Shown: positions 9,408 to 19,221 of the stretch, in pieces
How positions within the stretch are numbered: the stretch's first letter is position 1
Layout: the number at the start of each line of letters is the position of its first letter
Source of the DNA: an uncultured Chryseobacterium sp.
Lineage (GTDB): Bacteria; Bacteroidota; Bacteroidia; Flavobacteriales_D; Crocinitomicaceae
Reading direction: 5' to 3'
Assembly: GCA_964488745.1 (NCBI GenBank)
Contig: CAZAVP010000009.1
Span: forward strand, 15,729 to 79,728
DNA length: 64,000 bases
Made by a program: the position numbers and the translations under genes
The notes under the pieces: generated by a model
What the model was told of the DNA's origin: nothing
Databases searched by the model: none
Seen by the model: the letters and a program-made list of their open reading frames with translations, nothing else

Positions 9408-10664
9408 ATGATACTATCACCAGGTTCAAACGGTTGGATTACAAAATATGGAGATCTTCTTGCAAAAGGGGAAATAAAAGCTGAATTTACTATTCCAGCA
9501 GACATGGATGTTGATTCCTATAAACATCTTGTTTTTAGCAAATCAGGGATCGTATTTGGATTTGTAGCAGAAATGCTTTTCGCAAAACAATTGGACTTTA
9601 GAAATTGGACAGACGAAGAGCGATTAAAGTTGTTGTTGTTTGAATCTCATTTGCTTGTATTTATTGCGCATGGCGGAGATCCAGTCAAAGATTTTGAAAA
9701 ATTCACGGATTCTTTATTGAAATTCTACGGAAATCACGGAACCAAATCTTTGTTGAGAATGGTCACTTTTTTCATAAAAGAAAATAAAGAAACCAAATTG
9801 GAATTCATGTTAACCAAGCGGACAGATATTCGTTCCAACATCATCGATAAAACACAATGGGTTAGTTATGTCAGCAATGTTTTTGTTTATTTAGACATTT
9901 TGCTTTACGAAGATTTTTTGAAAACAAATCAAGTCATTCAAGAATCCAATTACGAAGACTACGCATACAATGCAATGATTGCTTTGATTTTATCTATTCA
10001 CGCAGATGGAGCAATAGAAGACAAAGAAAAATACATTTTTCAGGTGTTTTTAAACTCGGCACACTTGGACGATGAACAGAAGAAAATCACGCAGAACAAA
10101 TTCAAAGAGGGTGCTTCGTTTGAAGATTTTACAGAAGAACCTCTTGAAAACATTCGATTTAAGCGCTTTTTATTAAATATCTCTGCATTGACAATTTATT
10201 CAAGTCATTTGGTTTCACCTGCAGAATCTGATTTTTTAGTTCGTTTAAGTAAGCGTTTAGAAATTTCAGAAACTGAATTGTTTGAAACACAATTGATGAT
10301 TGAAAATTTCGTGTTAAATCACAACGATGAAATTGTTTTTTTGCAAGACACTAACAGTTACGAGAAACTATATGGAAGTTTAACTAACAAATGGATTAAG
10401 ATTTTAACTCGCAACAAAGATAAACTCGCCACAGAGTTGAGAGGAAGCAAAGAATTGGTTTTTTTAATAAAGAAATCTGCCACAACAGAATTGACAAAAG
10501 AGGAAAAAGAAAAAGTCAAAACGCAATTTCTGGACATTGTAAAATCCATGCCTGCACTGGCAATTTTTTTATTGCCTGGTGGTGCGTTATTGTTGCCGAT
10601 TGTGCTAAAAATTATTCCAAGTTTAATTCCTTCTGCTTTCAGAAATAACGAAATTGATAATTAA
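9408..10664 (+). CDS. TerB-like plus LETM1-like membrane-anchored protein (resembles LETM1-related biofilm-associated proteins)
   Basis: The LSIHADGAIEDKEKYIF motif is TerB-like. The C-terminal ELTKEEKEKVK...MPALAIFLLPGGALLLPIV is a LETM1-like TM segment. Confidence 0.45.
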   Translation: MILSPGSNGWITKYGDLLAKGEIKAEFTIPADMDVDSYKHLVFSKSGIVFGFVAEMLFAKQLDFRNWTDEERLKLLLFESHLLVFIAHGGDPVKDFEKFTDSLLKFYGNHGTKSLLRMVTFFIKENKETKLEFMLTKRTDIRSNIIDKTQWVSYVSNVFVYLDILLYEDFLKTNQVIQESNYEDYAYNAMIALILSIHADGAIEDKEKYIFQVFLNSAHLDDEQKKITQNKFKEGASFEDFTEEPLENIRFKRFLLNISALTIYSSHLVSPAESDFLVRLSKRLEISETELFETQLMIENFVLNHNDEIVFLQDTNSYEKLYGSLTNKWIKILTRNKDKLATELRGSKELVFLIKKSATTELTKEEKEKVKTQFLDIVKSMPALAIFLLPGGALLLPIVLKIIPSLIPSAFRNNEIDN

Positions 10665-10669
10665 GTTTG

Positions 10670-11512
10670 ATGAAAATTAGTCTGCTTATTTTATTGGTTT
10701 TCAGTATCACTTTCGGAAATGCTCAGAAATTGAAATTGATTCAAAAACTGCCCGACAGTCTTCATGAAATTTCAGGATTGACATTTTTAAATGATACTAT
10801 TCTCGTGACACACAACGATGGAGGCAACGATGCCATTCTTTATTTTTTAAATTTAAACGGCGAAGTGATTCACCAAGTTGAAATTGATGGTGCTAAAAAT
10901 ACAGATTGGGAAGCAATTACTTTGGATGGTGAATTCTTGTACATCGGGGATATTGGGAACAATAGCAATAATCGGAAAGACTTAATAATTTATAAAGTTT
11001 CATGCGTTGACATTTTGAATAAAAAATCCGTTGCAGCAGAGAAAATTGAAATAAGTTATCAAGATCAAGTTGCTTTTCCTCCATCAGAAAGCAGTTTTCA
11101 TTATGATGCTGAAGCGATGACTTTTTATAAAGATTCATTACATATCTTCACGAAATGCAATTCGAAACCATTTGATGGCAATTCCTACCATTACATTGTC
11201 TCCACTAAACCCGGTAAATATACCTTAACCAAAAGAGGAAATGTGTATGTTGGAACAAAAGGATTTTTCAAAGATGCAATTACGGATGTAACAATTCACG
11301 ATGAAACTTATTGGTTTTTAACCTATAATCGAATGATTGGCTATAAATTGATTGATGATAAATTTAAACTAATTAAGACAATTCCCCTGAAACCTTACAG
11401 TCAAAAAGAAGCAATAATAACGAAAGATAATAAGCTATTTTATATCGCTGATGAAAAGCATCCAATTTTAGGAGGTGGGAAACTGTATCAATTAACGATA
11501 AATGGAAAATAA
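10670..11512 (+). CDS. Secreted beta-propeller-like hypothetical protein
   Basis: Signal peptide, then ISGLTF...DWEAITLDG..LYIGDIGNN, which resembles SdiA-regulated/phytase-like propellers. ATG at 10670 is preferred over TTG at 10667. Confidence 0.5.
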   Translation: MKISLLILLVFSITFGNAQKLKLIQKLPDSLHEISGLTFLNDTILVTHNDGGNDAILYFLNLNGEVIHQVEIDGAKNTDWEAITLDGEFLYIGDIGNNSNNRKDLIIYKVSCVDILNKKSVAAEKIEISYQDQVAFPPSESSFHYDAEAMTFYKDSLHIFTKCNSKPFDGNSYHYIVSTKPGKYTLTKRGNVYVGTKGFFKDAITDVTIHDETYWFLTYNRMIGYKLIDDKFKLIKTIPLKPYSQKEAIITKDNKLFYIADEKHPILGGGKLYQLTINGK

Positions 11513-12176
11513 CGAATTAAGTCTAATCGGTATTGAAGCCGTCATTTTTGACATGGATGGCGTTTTAATTGATTCAGAACCAGTTTGGAAAGATGCCATG
11601 GAAGAAGTTTTTAAGTCCGTCGGTTGTCCGTTAACGAGAGAAGACTTTCAATTAACCGTGGGTTTACGTTTGGATGAGGTAATTGCTTTCTGGTACAAAG
11701 TTTCTCCATGGAAATTGGCATCGCCTGAAGAAGTTCTCCAGCGAATTATTAATCGCATGGTTGAATTATTGAGTGCGAATGGAAAACCCTTACAAGGCGT
11801 TGTAGCAATGCTGGAATTCTTAAAACAAAAAGGACTGAAAATTGGATTGGCCACTTCTTCTTATGAAGTGCTGATTGACTGTGTTTTAGATACCTTAAAA
11901 ATCCGTCAATACTTTGATTTTACACATTCAGCAGAAAGAGAAGCGCATGGGAAACCACATCCCGCAGTCTATATCACAACAGCTGAAAATTTAGGTGTTC
12001 ACCCGCAACATTGTTTGGTGATAGAAGATAGCATCAACGGTGTAATTTCGGGAAAAGCTGCGCGAATGCAAGTTGTTTGTATTCCTGAAAAAACACATAT
12101 CCCGAATCCTAAGTTGATTTTAGCTGATTATCAATTTGAAAACATGGAAGACATGTTGACAGCACTTAAATTATAA
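11502..12176 (+). CDS. HAD-superfamily phosphatase (beta-phosphoglucomutase/hexitol phosphatase subfamily)
   Basis: The four HAD motifs are present: VIFDMDGVLIDSE, LATSS, GKPHP and IEDSINGV. Confidence 0.85.
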   Translation: MENNELSLIGIEAVIFDMDGVLIDSEPVWKDAMEEVFKSVGCPLTREDFQLTVGLRLDEVIAFWYKVSPWKLASPEEVLQRIINRMVELLSANGKPLQGVVAMLEFLKQKGLKIGLATSSYEVLIDCVLDTLKIRQYFDFTHSAEREAHGKPHPAVYITTAENLGVHPQHCLVIEDSINGVISGKAARMQVVCIPEKTHIPNPKLILADYQFENMEDMLTALKL

Positions 12177-12180
12177 ATGA

Positions 12181-12951
12181 TTACACTTCTTCTTCAATAG
12201 CAAATAGCACGGGACGGCTAGGGGTGGCGTCATTTTCAAAAGGTGCGGTTTGTAAATTCAAAATATAATCACCATCTGGTACTTCTTCGGGAACGTATAT
12301 TAATTCGGTAATGGTTTTATGAAATTGAAGATTTTCAGGCACTCCCCAAAAGGCATGGTGAAATGCTAATTTTCCACCATCATTTTCTCGATCAACCGAA
12401 GGTAAATCAAGGAGTAAATGTTGAATATTGGATTGATTTAGAATTTGAACCACTTTTACATCAATGTAGGCAGGATTTGTACCCGCATAATTCACGTGTT
12501 TTTTGGATTCTTCATTCGGCAAAGTGCGAATAACCAAAGCTTCTGTTTCAACACCAGTTAAAAGTGGTTTAAATTGCTCGGGAGTTAAAATGAAATCTTC
12601 TTCAATGGTTTCTCCATTGATTACGCACATGGGCTCAATGGTTACAAGTTTTGCGCGAAAGAACGACTCCTTTAAATTCTGATTGATGGAATGTATTTCT
12701 TCTGTGATGTGGCCTAGGCATTCTGTATGCGTGCCATGCCCATGTGGATTGAAGAAAATATTTCTGAAATTAACCGATCCACCTTCTTGGATAGATCCTG
12801 TAAATTGCTTGTTTCGAACTGGTTCAATCACGGGTGCGTCCACATACCAAGCCCGTGGATTTTGATCATTGCCTTCCAAAGGAATTGAAATGTCAAATCC
12901 TTTGGAAGTGTCAATAAATGTATTTTTGGTTAAATACAATTTCATGCGCAA
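12181..12951 (-). CDS. Cyclase-family (arylformamidase-like) protein
   Basis: HGHGTHTECLGH metal motif. 256 aa. Confidence 0.55.
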   Translation of the reverse strand: MRMKLYLTKNTFIDTSKGFDISIPLEGNDQNPRAWYVDAPVIEPVRNKQFTGSIQEGGSVNFRNIFFNPHGHGTHTECLGHITEEIHSINQNLKESFFRAKLVTIEPMCVINGETIEEDFILTPEQFKPLLTGVETEALVIRTLPNEESKKHVNYAGTNPAYIDVKVVQILNQSNIQHLLLDLPSVDRENDGGKLAFHHAFWGVPENLQFHKTITELIYVPEEVPDGDYILNLQTAPFENDATPSRPVLFAIEEEV

Positions 12952-12959
12952 GGTGTTTT

Positions 12960-13796
12960 TTATCTACGAATAATTGGAATGACAATTTTTACATCTAGCG
13001 CCTTAATCATTGCTTGATATTCACTGGAGTATGTTTGCGTTCCCAAACAACCTAAATCTTTCTTAGCATTGTGAAAATGTTCAATGCGATTCGCCGGATT
13101 TGGATGCGTACTTAAGAATTCAATTTGTTTTCCACCTTTGCTCATTTGTTCTATTTTCTGGAAAAATCCAGCTCCACCAGCTGCGTTGTATGGTGTTGGA
13201 CATAAGTATTCAACTGAACGTTGATCTGCTTCAGTTTCATGGTCACGAGAGAATTTTAAACCTACGATGGATTCTGTTACTTGTTTTACCATTTCGTACT
13301 TTCCAGCGATGATGTTCAACAAAACATCCACTCCGTATAATTTGGTCATTTGACGGGTCGAGTGACGCATGTCTGCATGTGCAATTTCATGCCCTAACAC
13401 ACCGGCAAACTGATCTTCCGAGTCCATGAATTTCAAAATACCTGTATAAACGTAAATGTATCCTCCAGGAGTACAGAATGCATTGAGGATAGAGTCGTTG
13501 TTAATTACCCGTATTCTCCATTGAAAGTCATCTTTGTGTTGCACTTTACCGGAGTTCAAGATGTTGTCTCGAACTTTATAGATATAGGCATACACTTCCT
13601 TGTATTTGGCAGAGTCTAAAATTGGATATTCTGTCGGATTTCCATCTATTTCTGCTGCTACTTGTGCACCAAACTCCCGATCTTGTTGGATTGTGAATAC
13701 ATTGATTCCTTCTTCTTTCACTTTGTTGAAAAGACTGCAAGAACTCACTGTGAAAATGGTAAGAAGTAGAAGTAATGTTTTGTTTAAATTGCTCAT
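12960..13796 (-). CDS. M48-family zinc metalloprotease lipoprotein
   Basis: Lipobox VSSC, and the HEIAHADMRH motif (HExxH). Confidence 0.85.
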   Translation of the reverse strand: MSNLNKTLLLLLTIFTVSSCSLFNKVKEEGINVFTIQQDREFGAQVAAEIDGNPTEYPILDSAKYKEVYAYIYKVRDNILNSGKVQHKDDFQWRIRVINNDSILNAFCTPGGYIYVYTGILKFMDSEDQFAGVLGHEIAHADMRHSTRQMTKLYGVDVLLNIIAGKYEMVKQVTESIVGLKFSRDHETEADQRSVEYLCPTPYNAAGGAGFFQKIEQMSKGGKQIEFLSTHPNPANRIEHFHNAKKDLGCLGTQTYSSEYQAMIKALDVKIVIPIIRR

Positions 13797-13817
13797 TTTA
13801 TTGTTTTTAGATTAAGA

Positions 13818-14489
13818 TTATTTTATTAGTGGGAGATAAATTATAAATAATTTCAACACGATGAGTGCTGAGAAAAAGCCAAGCAGGTATCCTGATATTA
13901 CTTCTCGTAACGAATGTTTTTCGAGATAGATACGAGACGAAAGAATGATTCCGCCTAACAGGATAACTGCCAATAAAACATACAGGTTAAAATGGGATTG
14001 CATTTGATAATAGACCAAAATAAATCCAAATAGCATTCCCGCACCTATTCCATGTAAACTTATTTTTTCGTAACGGTTGATAACAGCAGCAATGCCTCCA
14101 GATAATACACCTGCCCATGGCAAGGCAAAGAGGAGCGGAGAAATGGCATCTTTCGGTATCTGTGTCCAGAGAAAAACGCCTAAAATAAAGCCATAAATGA
14201 CGGTTACCGCAATGGGATACGTTCGTTCTTTTCTGTTATCGATTTGTAAATCAGCTATTCTGTTTTGACGTTTCATCATCATCAACGAAAAACCGGGGGC
14301 AAGCACGATCAGAATGGTAAACAAGAGTAAAATGTATATTTTATTTTGATTTGGCAGGTCGTAAAAATTGTATTGTTGTAGCAGTGCGGTTTTACTAATT
14401 GCAGGTATGTACATTACAATTAACAAACCATAAATCGGCATGAACAATGGGATGAAAATCCAGGAGACGATATTTGAAAATAACTTCAT
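13818..14489 (-). CDS. Polytopic membrane protein, PAP2-like
   Basis: Six hydrophobic spans. SRIYLEKHSLRE matches SR-x5-H-x3-(D/E). The start overlaps the rpoN stop (TAATG). Confidence 0.4.
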   Translation of the reverse strand: MKLFSNIVSWIFIPLFMPIYGLLIVMYIPAISKTALLQQYNFYDLPNQNKIYILLLFTILIVLAPGFSLMMMKRQNRIADLQIDNRKERTYPIAVTVIYGFILGVFLWTQIPKDAISPLLFALPWAGVLSGGIAAVINRYEKISLHGIGAGMLFGFILVYYQMQSHFNLYVLLAVILLGGIILSSRIYLEKHSLREVISGYLLGFFSALIVLKLFIIYLPLIK

Positions 14490-15955
14490 TACAATTCTTT
14501 GCGCAATCTAGCTACGGGAATATTGAGTTGCTCTCGGTATTTGGCAACTGTTCTTCGAGCAATGTTATAGCCTTTTTCGGTCAAAATGGCTGTTAATTTA
14601 TCATCTGTTAAGGGACGAATTTTATCTTCGTTTTCAATTGCTTCAGAAAGGATCATTTTCACTTCACGTGTGGAAACCTCTTCACCAGAATCGGTGGATA
14701 ATGATTCTGAAAAGAAGTATTTCAAAGGGAAAATTCCTTGTGCTGTCTGAACATATTTGCTGTTAGCGACCCTAGAAATGGTTGAAATATCCATGTTTAC
14801 GATGTCTGCAATGTCTTTTAAGATCATCGGACGTAAATTGGTTTCATCACCTGTTAAAAAATAGTCTTTCTGATAATTCATGATTGCATTCATGGTAAAT
14901 AACAAGGTGTTTTGTCGTTGACGAATGGCATCAATGAACCATTTTGCGCCATCCAATTTTTGCTTCACGAAAGTCAAAGCGTCTCTGTCTGATTTTGAGG
15001 TTTTAGCTCCTTCAGAGTATCCTCGAAGCATGCGTTCATATTCCCGACTTACTTTCAATTCAGGAGCATTTCTACCGTTGATTGTCAATTCTAAGCGCCC
15101 TTCATTTTCATAAATCACGAAATCAGGAATGATTTGTTGCATGGATTTAGAAGATTCCTTCATTGATCCACCTGGTTTTGGGTTCAAACGGATTATTTCT
15201 GCAACAGCGTCTTTTAAGTCCGCATCACTAATTTCTAGTTTTTTTTGAATTTTATCGTAATGTTTCTTCGTAAATTCTTCAAAATGATTTTCTAATATCT
15301 TCTTTGCTGTAAAACGGGTAATATCGCCATCTTGCTTTCTGTTTATTTGAATCAAAAGACATTCTTTGAGCGATCGAGCACCAACTCCCGCGGGATCTAG
15401 TTCTTGAACCATTGAAAGAACTTCTTCCACCTCTTGTTCAGTTACCATTAGGTTTATTGAAAAAGCTAAATCATCAACAATCGCTTCCAAGGCTCTGTTT
15501 AAGTATCCCGATTCATCTAAATTTCCAATGATTGTCTCCGCAATAGCAGTTTGCTTTTCGTTTAGATACAACAATTGTAATTGCTCTGATAATCGCTCTT
15601 GAAATGATTTTTCTCCTGAAAGCGGGATAACACGCTCTTCGTCATCTTTGCTGGTGTTGTTGACTTGTGTTTTATAATCGGGCGTGTCGTCATCCATGTA
15701 GTCCGAGATGTCAAAGTCATTCTCATTGTCCTTTGAATCTTCAGAATCAGGGTCTTTATCATCATAATCACTTTCTAAAGAATCTAAATCATCATCATCT
15801 TCCTTTCCTTCTTCCAAGGCAGGATTTTCTTCAATTTCTTGTTTGATTCGTTGGTCTAATTCCATAGTAGGCACCTGCAATAATTTCATTAACTGAATTT
15901 GCTGTGGTGAGAGTCTTTGCTCTAGTTTCTGAGATAAAAATTGTTTTAATGCCAT
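14489..15955 (-). CDS. rpoN: RNA polymerase sigma-54 factor
   Basis: Acidic region II, ARSLKECLLIQ, and the RpoN box ARRTVAKYRE. 488 aa. Confidence 0.95.
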   Translation of the reverse strand: MALKQFLSQKLEQRLSPQQIQLMKLLQVPTMELDQRIKQEIEENPALEEGKEDDDDLDSLESDYDDKDPDSEDSKDNENDFDISDYMDDDTPDYKTQVNNTSKDDEERVIPLSGEKSFQERLSEQLQLLYLNEKQTAIAETIIGNLDESGYLNRALEAIVDDLAFSINLMVTEQEVEEVLSMVQELDPAGVGARSLKECLLIQINRKQDGDITRFTAKKILENHFEEFTKKHYDKIQKKLEISDADLKDAVAEIIRLNPKPGGSMKESSKSMQQIIPDFVIYENEGRLELTINGRNAPELKVSREYERMLRGYSEGAKTSKSDRDALTFVKQKLDGAKWFIDAIRQRQNTLLFTMNAIMNYQKDYFLTGDETNLRPMILKDIADIVNMDISTISRVANSKYVQTAQGIFPLKYFFSESLSTDSGEEVSTREVKMILSEAIENEDKIRPLTDDKLTAILTEKGYNIARRTVAKYREQLNIPVARLRKEL

Positions 15956-16186
15956 GACGTCGTAAAAATACGATAAACTATCGAAATTTTGAATGAATAT
16001 TATTGAAAAGGAGAATTATTTAAAGCTTATATGCGTTTTTCAAAATAACTAATAATTTTTTTGGATTACATTCTGAATTCTTCCCCAATAATCAAATCCA
16101 CTAACTACAAAAAAAAATCAAGCAAAGATAGATCTTTCTTACAGTCCATTACCCGAAAACCCCTAAAAGAATAAGGGATTGACAAT

Positions 16187-16305
16187 TTCCCACCCACACT
16201 TCGCATACATTTATTTGAGAAATCTGCGGGATATCCCTTTCACATCAGCTTCCCCACCCACACTTCGCGTACATCTGCGAAATCTGTGGGACACTACCTT
16301 CCCCC
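16187..16305. repeat. Two tandem REP-like hairpin units
   Basis: Units at 16187-16240 and 16250-16305 share CCCACCCACACTTCGC(A/G)TACAT...GAAATCTG(C/T)GGGA. Unit B folds as CCCACA-C-TTCGC/GCGAA-ATC-TGTGGG. Confidence 0.6.
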
Positions 16306-16314
16306 AACAATAAC

Positions 16315-16354
16315 CCACAAAAAAAACCGATTGAAGAATTAACTTCTACCGGTT
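16315..16354 (-). terminator. Rho-independent terminator after the PPIase gene
   Basis: Stems aaccg/cggtt and gaag/cttc, with an A-run at 16319-16326 that is a T-run on the minus strand. Confidence 0.6.
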
Positions 16355-16381
16355 TTCACAATAGTAACAATTGTTTATCTC

Positions 16382-17455
16382 TTATTTCAAATCCACAATC
16401 TCCAATTCAAAAACTAAATCAGAATACGGAGGAATCGCGCCAGGTCTTCCTTGTGGACCATAAGCATCAAAATAAGGGATGATGAAAATTCCTTTTCCGC
16501 CTTTGCCCAACATCGCTAATCCTTCTTCAAATCCAGGAATCATCGATTGAACTTTATATTGGAAATCCATCGGTTGACCGCGATCTACAGAGGAATCAAA
16601 TTTTGTTCCGTCCATGAATTTACCAGTGTAATGAACAGATAAATTGGTTCCAGAAACAGGTTTTACACCTTCGCCAGCATTTTCAATTACGAAAACCAAA
16701 CCAGACTCAGTTTGCTGCGCATTTGGATATTTCTTTCTCACCTGATCCAATAAATACGGTTTGTATTCATCTTTTGTCATCGTTGCAATTTTTGCGAATT
16801 GTGCGTTTTTTTCGTCATCAATTGCTTTTTGTTTGCCGTATGCTTCAGCGAAAGCCTTAGTAGCATCCCAATTTTTTGCGTCTTTTCCAATTCGCTCGAT
16901 GGTTACTTTAATCATAATGTCATCTTGTTGAATTGCATCAACAACATTTTGTCCTGCCACAACGTGACCAAAAACGGTATGTTTTCCATCTAAGTGTGGA
17001 GTAGGTACGTGTGTGATAAAGAATTGACTTCCGTTAGTTGCTGGGCCAGAATTCGCCATGGAAAGTATTCCAGGTTTGCCGTGTTTTAAAGTCGCGTCAA
17101 TTTCGTCGTAAAAACTATAACCTGGACCACTCGAACCTGTTCCTGTTGGATCTCCACCTTGAATCATGAAATTAGCAATTACTCGGTGAAATTTAAGTCC
17201 ATCATAATAAGGAGTTGTAAATTTTTTACCTAGTGCTTCAAATTTCCCTTCCGCTAAACCGACGAAGTTGGCAACAGTCATTGGTGTTTTTTGATACTCC
17301 AATTGAATGATGATTTCTCCACGAGTGGTTTCAAATTTGGCATAAATACCATCTGATAAATGTGTATGTCCTTCGTGCGCTACCGAAGTGTTTTCTGCTT
17401 TAACGTTGCTAAAAAAAGCAAACATCAACGAAAGTGCTAGCATTGATTTTTTCAT
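16382..17455 (-). CDS. Secreted dual-family peptidylprolyl isomerase (cyclophilin domain fused to FKBP domain)
   Basis: Signal peptide. FHRVIANFMIQGGDP and GSQFFIT are cyclophilin motifs. VHYTGKFMDGTKFDSS...GFEEGL is the FKBP part. Confidence 0.9.
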   Translation of the reverse strand: MKKSMLALSLMFAFFSNVKAENTSVAHEGHTHLSDGIYAKFETTRGEIIIQLEYQKTPMTVANFVGLAEGKFEALGKKFTTPYYDGLKFHRVIANFMIQGGDPTGTGSSGPGYSFYDEIDATLKHGKPGILSMANSGPATNGSQFFITHVPTPHLDGKHTVFGHVVAGQNVVDAIQQDDIMIKVTIERIGKDAKNWDATKAFAEAYGKQKAIDDEKNAQFAKIATMTKDEYKPYLLDQVRKKYPNAQQTESGLVFVIENAGEGVKPVSGTNLSVHYTGKFMDGTKFDSSVDRGQPMDFQYKVQSMIPGFEEGLAMLGKGGKGIFIIPYFDAYGPQGRPGAIPPYSDLVFELEIVDLK

Positions 17456-17591
17456 ATAAATTTTGTTTAACTAGTGATTTTTGGATTCACAAGGGTAAAA
17501 ATATTGATTTTTAATATATAATGAACTCATTTAGCAAACTTTGTTCCATAAACTCTTTTCAGTTCTCAATCTGTTAATTCTTTTTTTGAAT

Positions 17592-17599
17592 TATCTTTG
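17592..17599 (+). promoter_or_regulatory. -7 promoter box TATCTTTG upstream of glyQS
   Basis: Exact octamer ends 4 nt before the ATG at 17604. Confidence 0.45.
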
Positions 17600-17603
17600 T
17601 GCC

Positions 17604-19139
17604 ATGGAACAAAAAGATGATAAATTAAAAGAAGTGATATCGCATGCCAAAGAGTATGGATTTGTTTTCCCTTCTTCTGAGATATACGACGGATTAGCAG
17701 CAACTTATGACTACGGCCCATTGGGTGCTGAATTGAAAAATAACATCAAAAATTATTGGTGGAAATCCATGGTGCAAATGAATGACAACATTGTAGGAAT
17801 TGATTCTGCGATTTTTATGCATCCTTCAATTTGGAAAGCTTCTGGTCACGTAGATGCTTTCAATGATCCATTGATTGACAATAAAGACTCCAAAAAAAGA
17901 TACCGTGCAGATGTTTTGATTGAAGAGCACGTTGAGAAAATTCGCTTAAAAATTGAAAAAGAAGTTCAAAAAGGGGCAAAGAAATTTGGTGCTGACTTTG
18001 ATGAAATTCAATTTAAACTCACCAATCCAAACGTACTTCGAAATTCTGAGAAAATTCACGAAATTGAAGCGCGTTTCAAAGAAACATTAGACAACGATGA
18101 TTTAGAAGGTGTTCACCAATTGATTGTTGATTTGGATATCGTTTGTCCCATTTCTGGAACGAAGAATTGGACGGAAGTTCGTCAGTTTAATTTGATGTTT
18201 TCTACTGAATTGGGTTCTGTCTCTGGAGATGCTTCTAAAATTTACCTGCGACCAGAAACGGCGCAAGGTATTTTTGTAAACTTCTTGAACGTACAAAAGT
18301 CAAGCAGAATGAAAGTTCCTTTTGGAATTGCACAAATTGGTAAAGCGTTTAGAAATGAAATTGTTGCACGTCAATTTATTTTCCGCATGCGTGAATTCGA
18401 ACAAATGGAAATGCAGTTTTTCGTTCGTCCGGGTGAAGAAATGAAATGGTATGAGCATTGGAAACAAAAAAGAATCGCTTGGCATCACTCTCTTGGGTTA
18501 GGCGAAAATTTATACAGAACGCACGACCATATTAAATTGGCACACTACGCAAATGCCGCCTGTGATGTTGAGTTTAATTTCCCCATGGGATTCAAAGAAC
18601 TGGAAGGAATTCACTCCAGAACAGATTTTGATTTGAAACAACACGAAGAGTTTTCTGGTAAAAAAATGCAATATTTCGACCCAGAAATCAATCAAAATTA
18701 CATTCCTTACGTAGTTGAAACTTCGGTTGGATTGGATCGTTTGTTTCTGTCGATTATGAGTGCATCCCACAAAAATGAAATCCTAGAAGATGGTTCCGAA
18801 CGTACCGTATTAAATCTGCCACCAGCGTTGGCACCTTATAAAGTTGCGATTATGCCGTTGACGAGAAAAGATGGTTTGTCTGAAAAAGCAACGGAAGTTT
18901 GGAACATGTTGAAAATGGATTTCAATTGTCAATACGACGAAAAAGATTCTCCAGGAAAACGCTACCGTCGCCAAGATGCGATTGGAACGCCTTTCTGCGT
19001 GATGATCGACCACCAAACAATGGAAGACAACACGGTTACAATTCGCGACCGTGATACGATGAAGCAAGAACGCGTTGCCATTGCTGATTTAAATAAATTG
19101 ATTGACGATAAAACCAATGTGAAACACATGTTGAAATAA
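17604..19139 (+). CDS. glyQS: Glycine--tRNA ligase (dimeric class II type)
   Basis: EIYDGLAATYDYGPLG, LRPETAQGIFVNF, FRNEI and the ETSVGLDR motif. Start at MEQKDDK; the upstream extension of the track ORF was rejected. Confidence 0.95.
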   Translation: MEQKDDKLKEVISHAKEYGFVFPSSEIYDGLAATYDYGPLGAELKNNIKNYWWKSMVQMNDNIVGIDSAIFMHPSIWKASGHVDAFNDPLIDNKDSKKRYRADVLIEEHVEKIRLKIEKEVQKGAKKFGADFDEIQFKLTNPNVLRNSEKIHEIEARFKETLDNDDLEGVHQLIVDLDIVCPISGTKNWTEVRQFNLMFSTELGSVSGDASKIYLRPETAQGIFVNFLNVQKSSRMKVPFGIAQIGKAFRNEIVARQFIFRMREFEQMEMQFFVRPGEEMKWYEHWKQKRIAWHHSLGLGENLYRTHDHIKLAHYANAACDVEFNFPMGFKELEGIHSRTDFDLKQHEEFSGKKMQYFDPEINQNYIPYVVETSVGLDRLFLSIMSASHKNEILEDGSERTVLNLPPALAPYKVAIMPLTRKDGLSEKATEVWNMLKMDFNCQYDEKDSPGKRYRRQDAIGTPFCVMIDHQTMEDNTVTIRDRDTMKQERVAIADLNKLIDDKTNVKHMLK

Positions 19140-19158
19140 ACGTTCTTAGAAATAACAG

Positions 19159-19192
19159 AAAAGCCTCTTGAATCAATCAAAAGGCTTTTTTT
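19159..19192 (+). terminator. Rho-independent terminator after glyQS, possibly shared with convergent msrA
   Basis: Stem aaaagcct/aggctttt (19159-19166/19082 region excluded; arms at 19159-19166 and 19182-19189) with inner pairing, then a T-run to 19192. Confidence 0.7.
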
Positions 19193-19221
19193 ATGCTTCT
19201 ATTTTTACAGTTTTATTCTGA

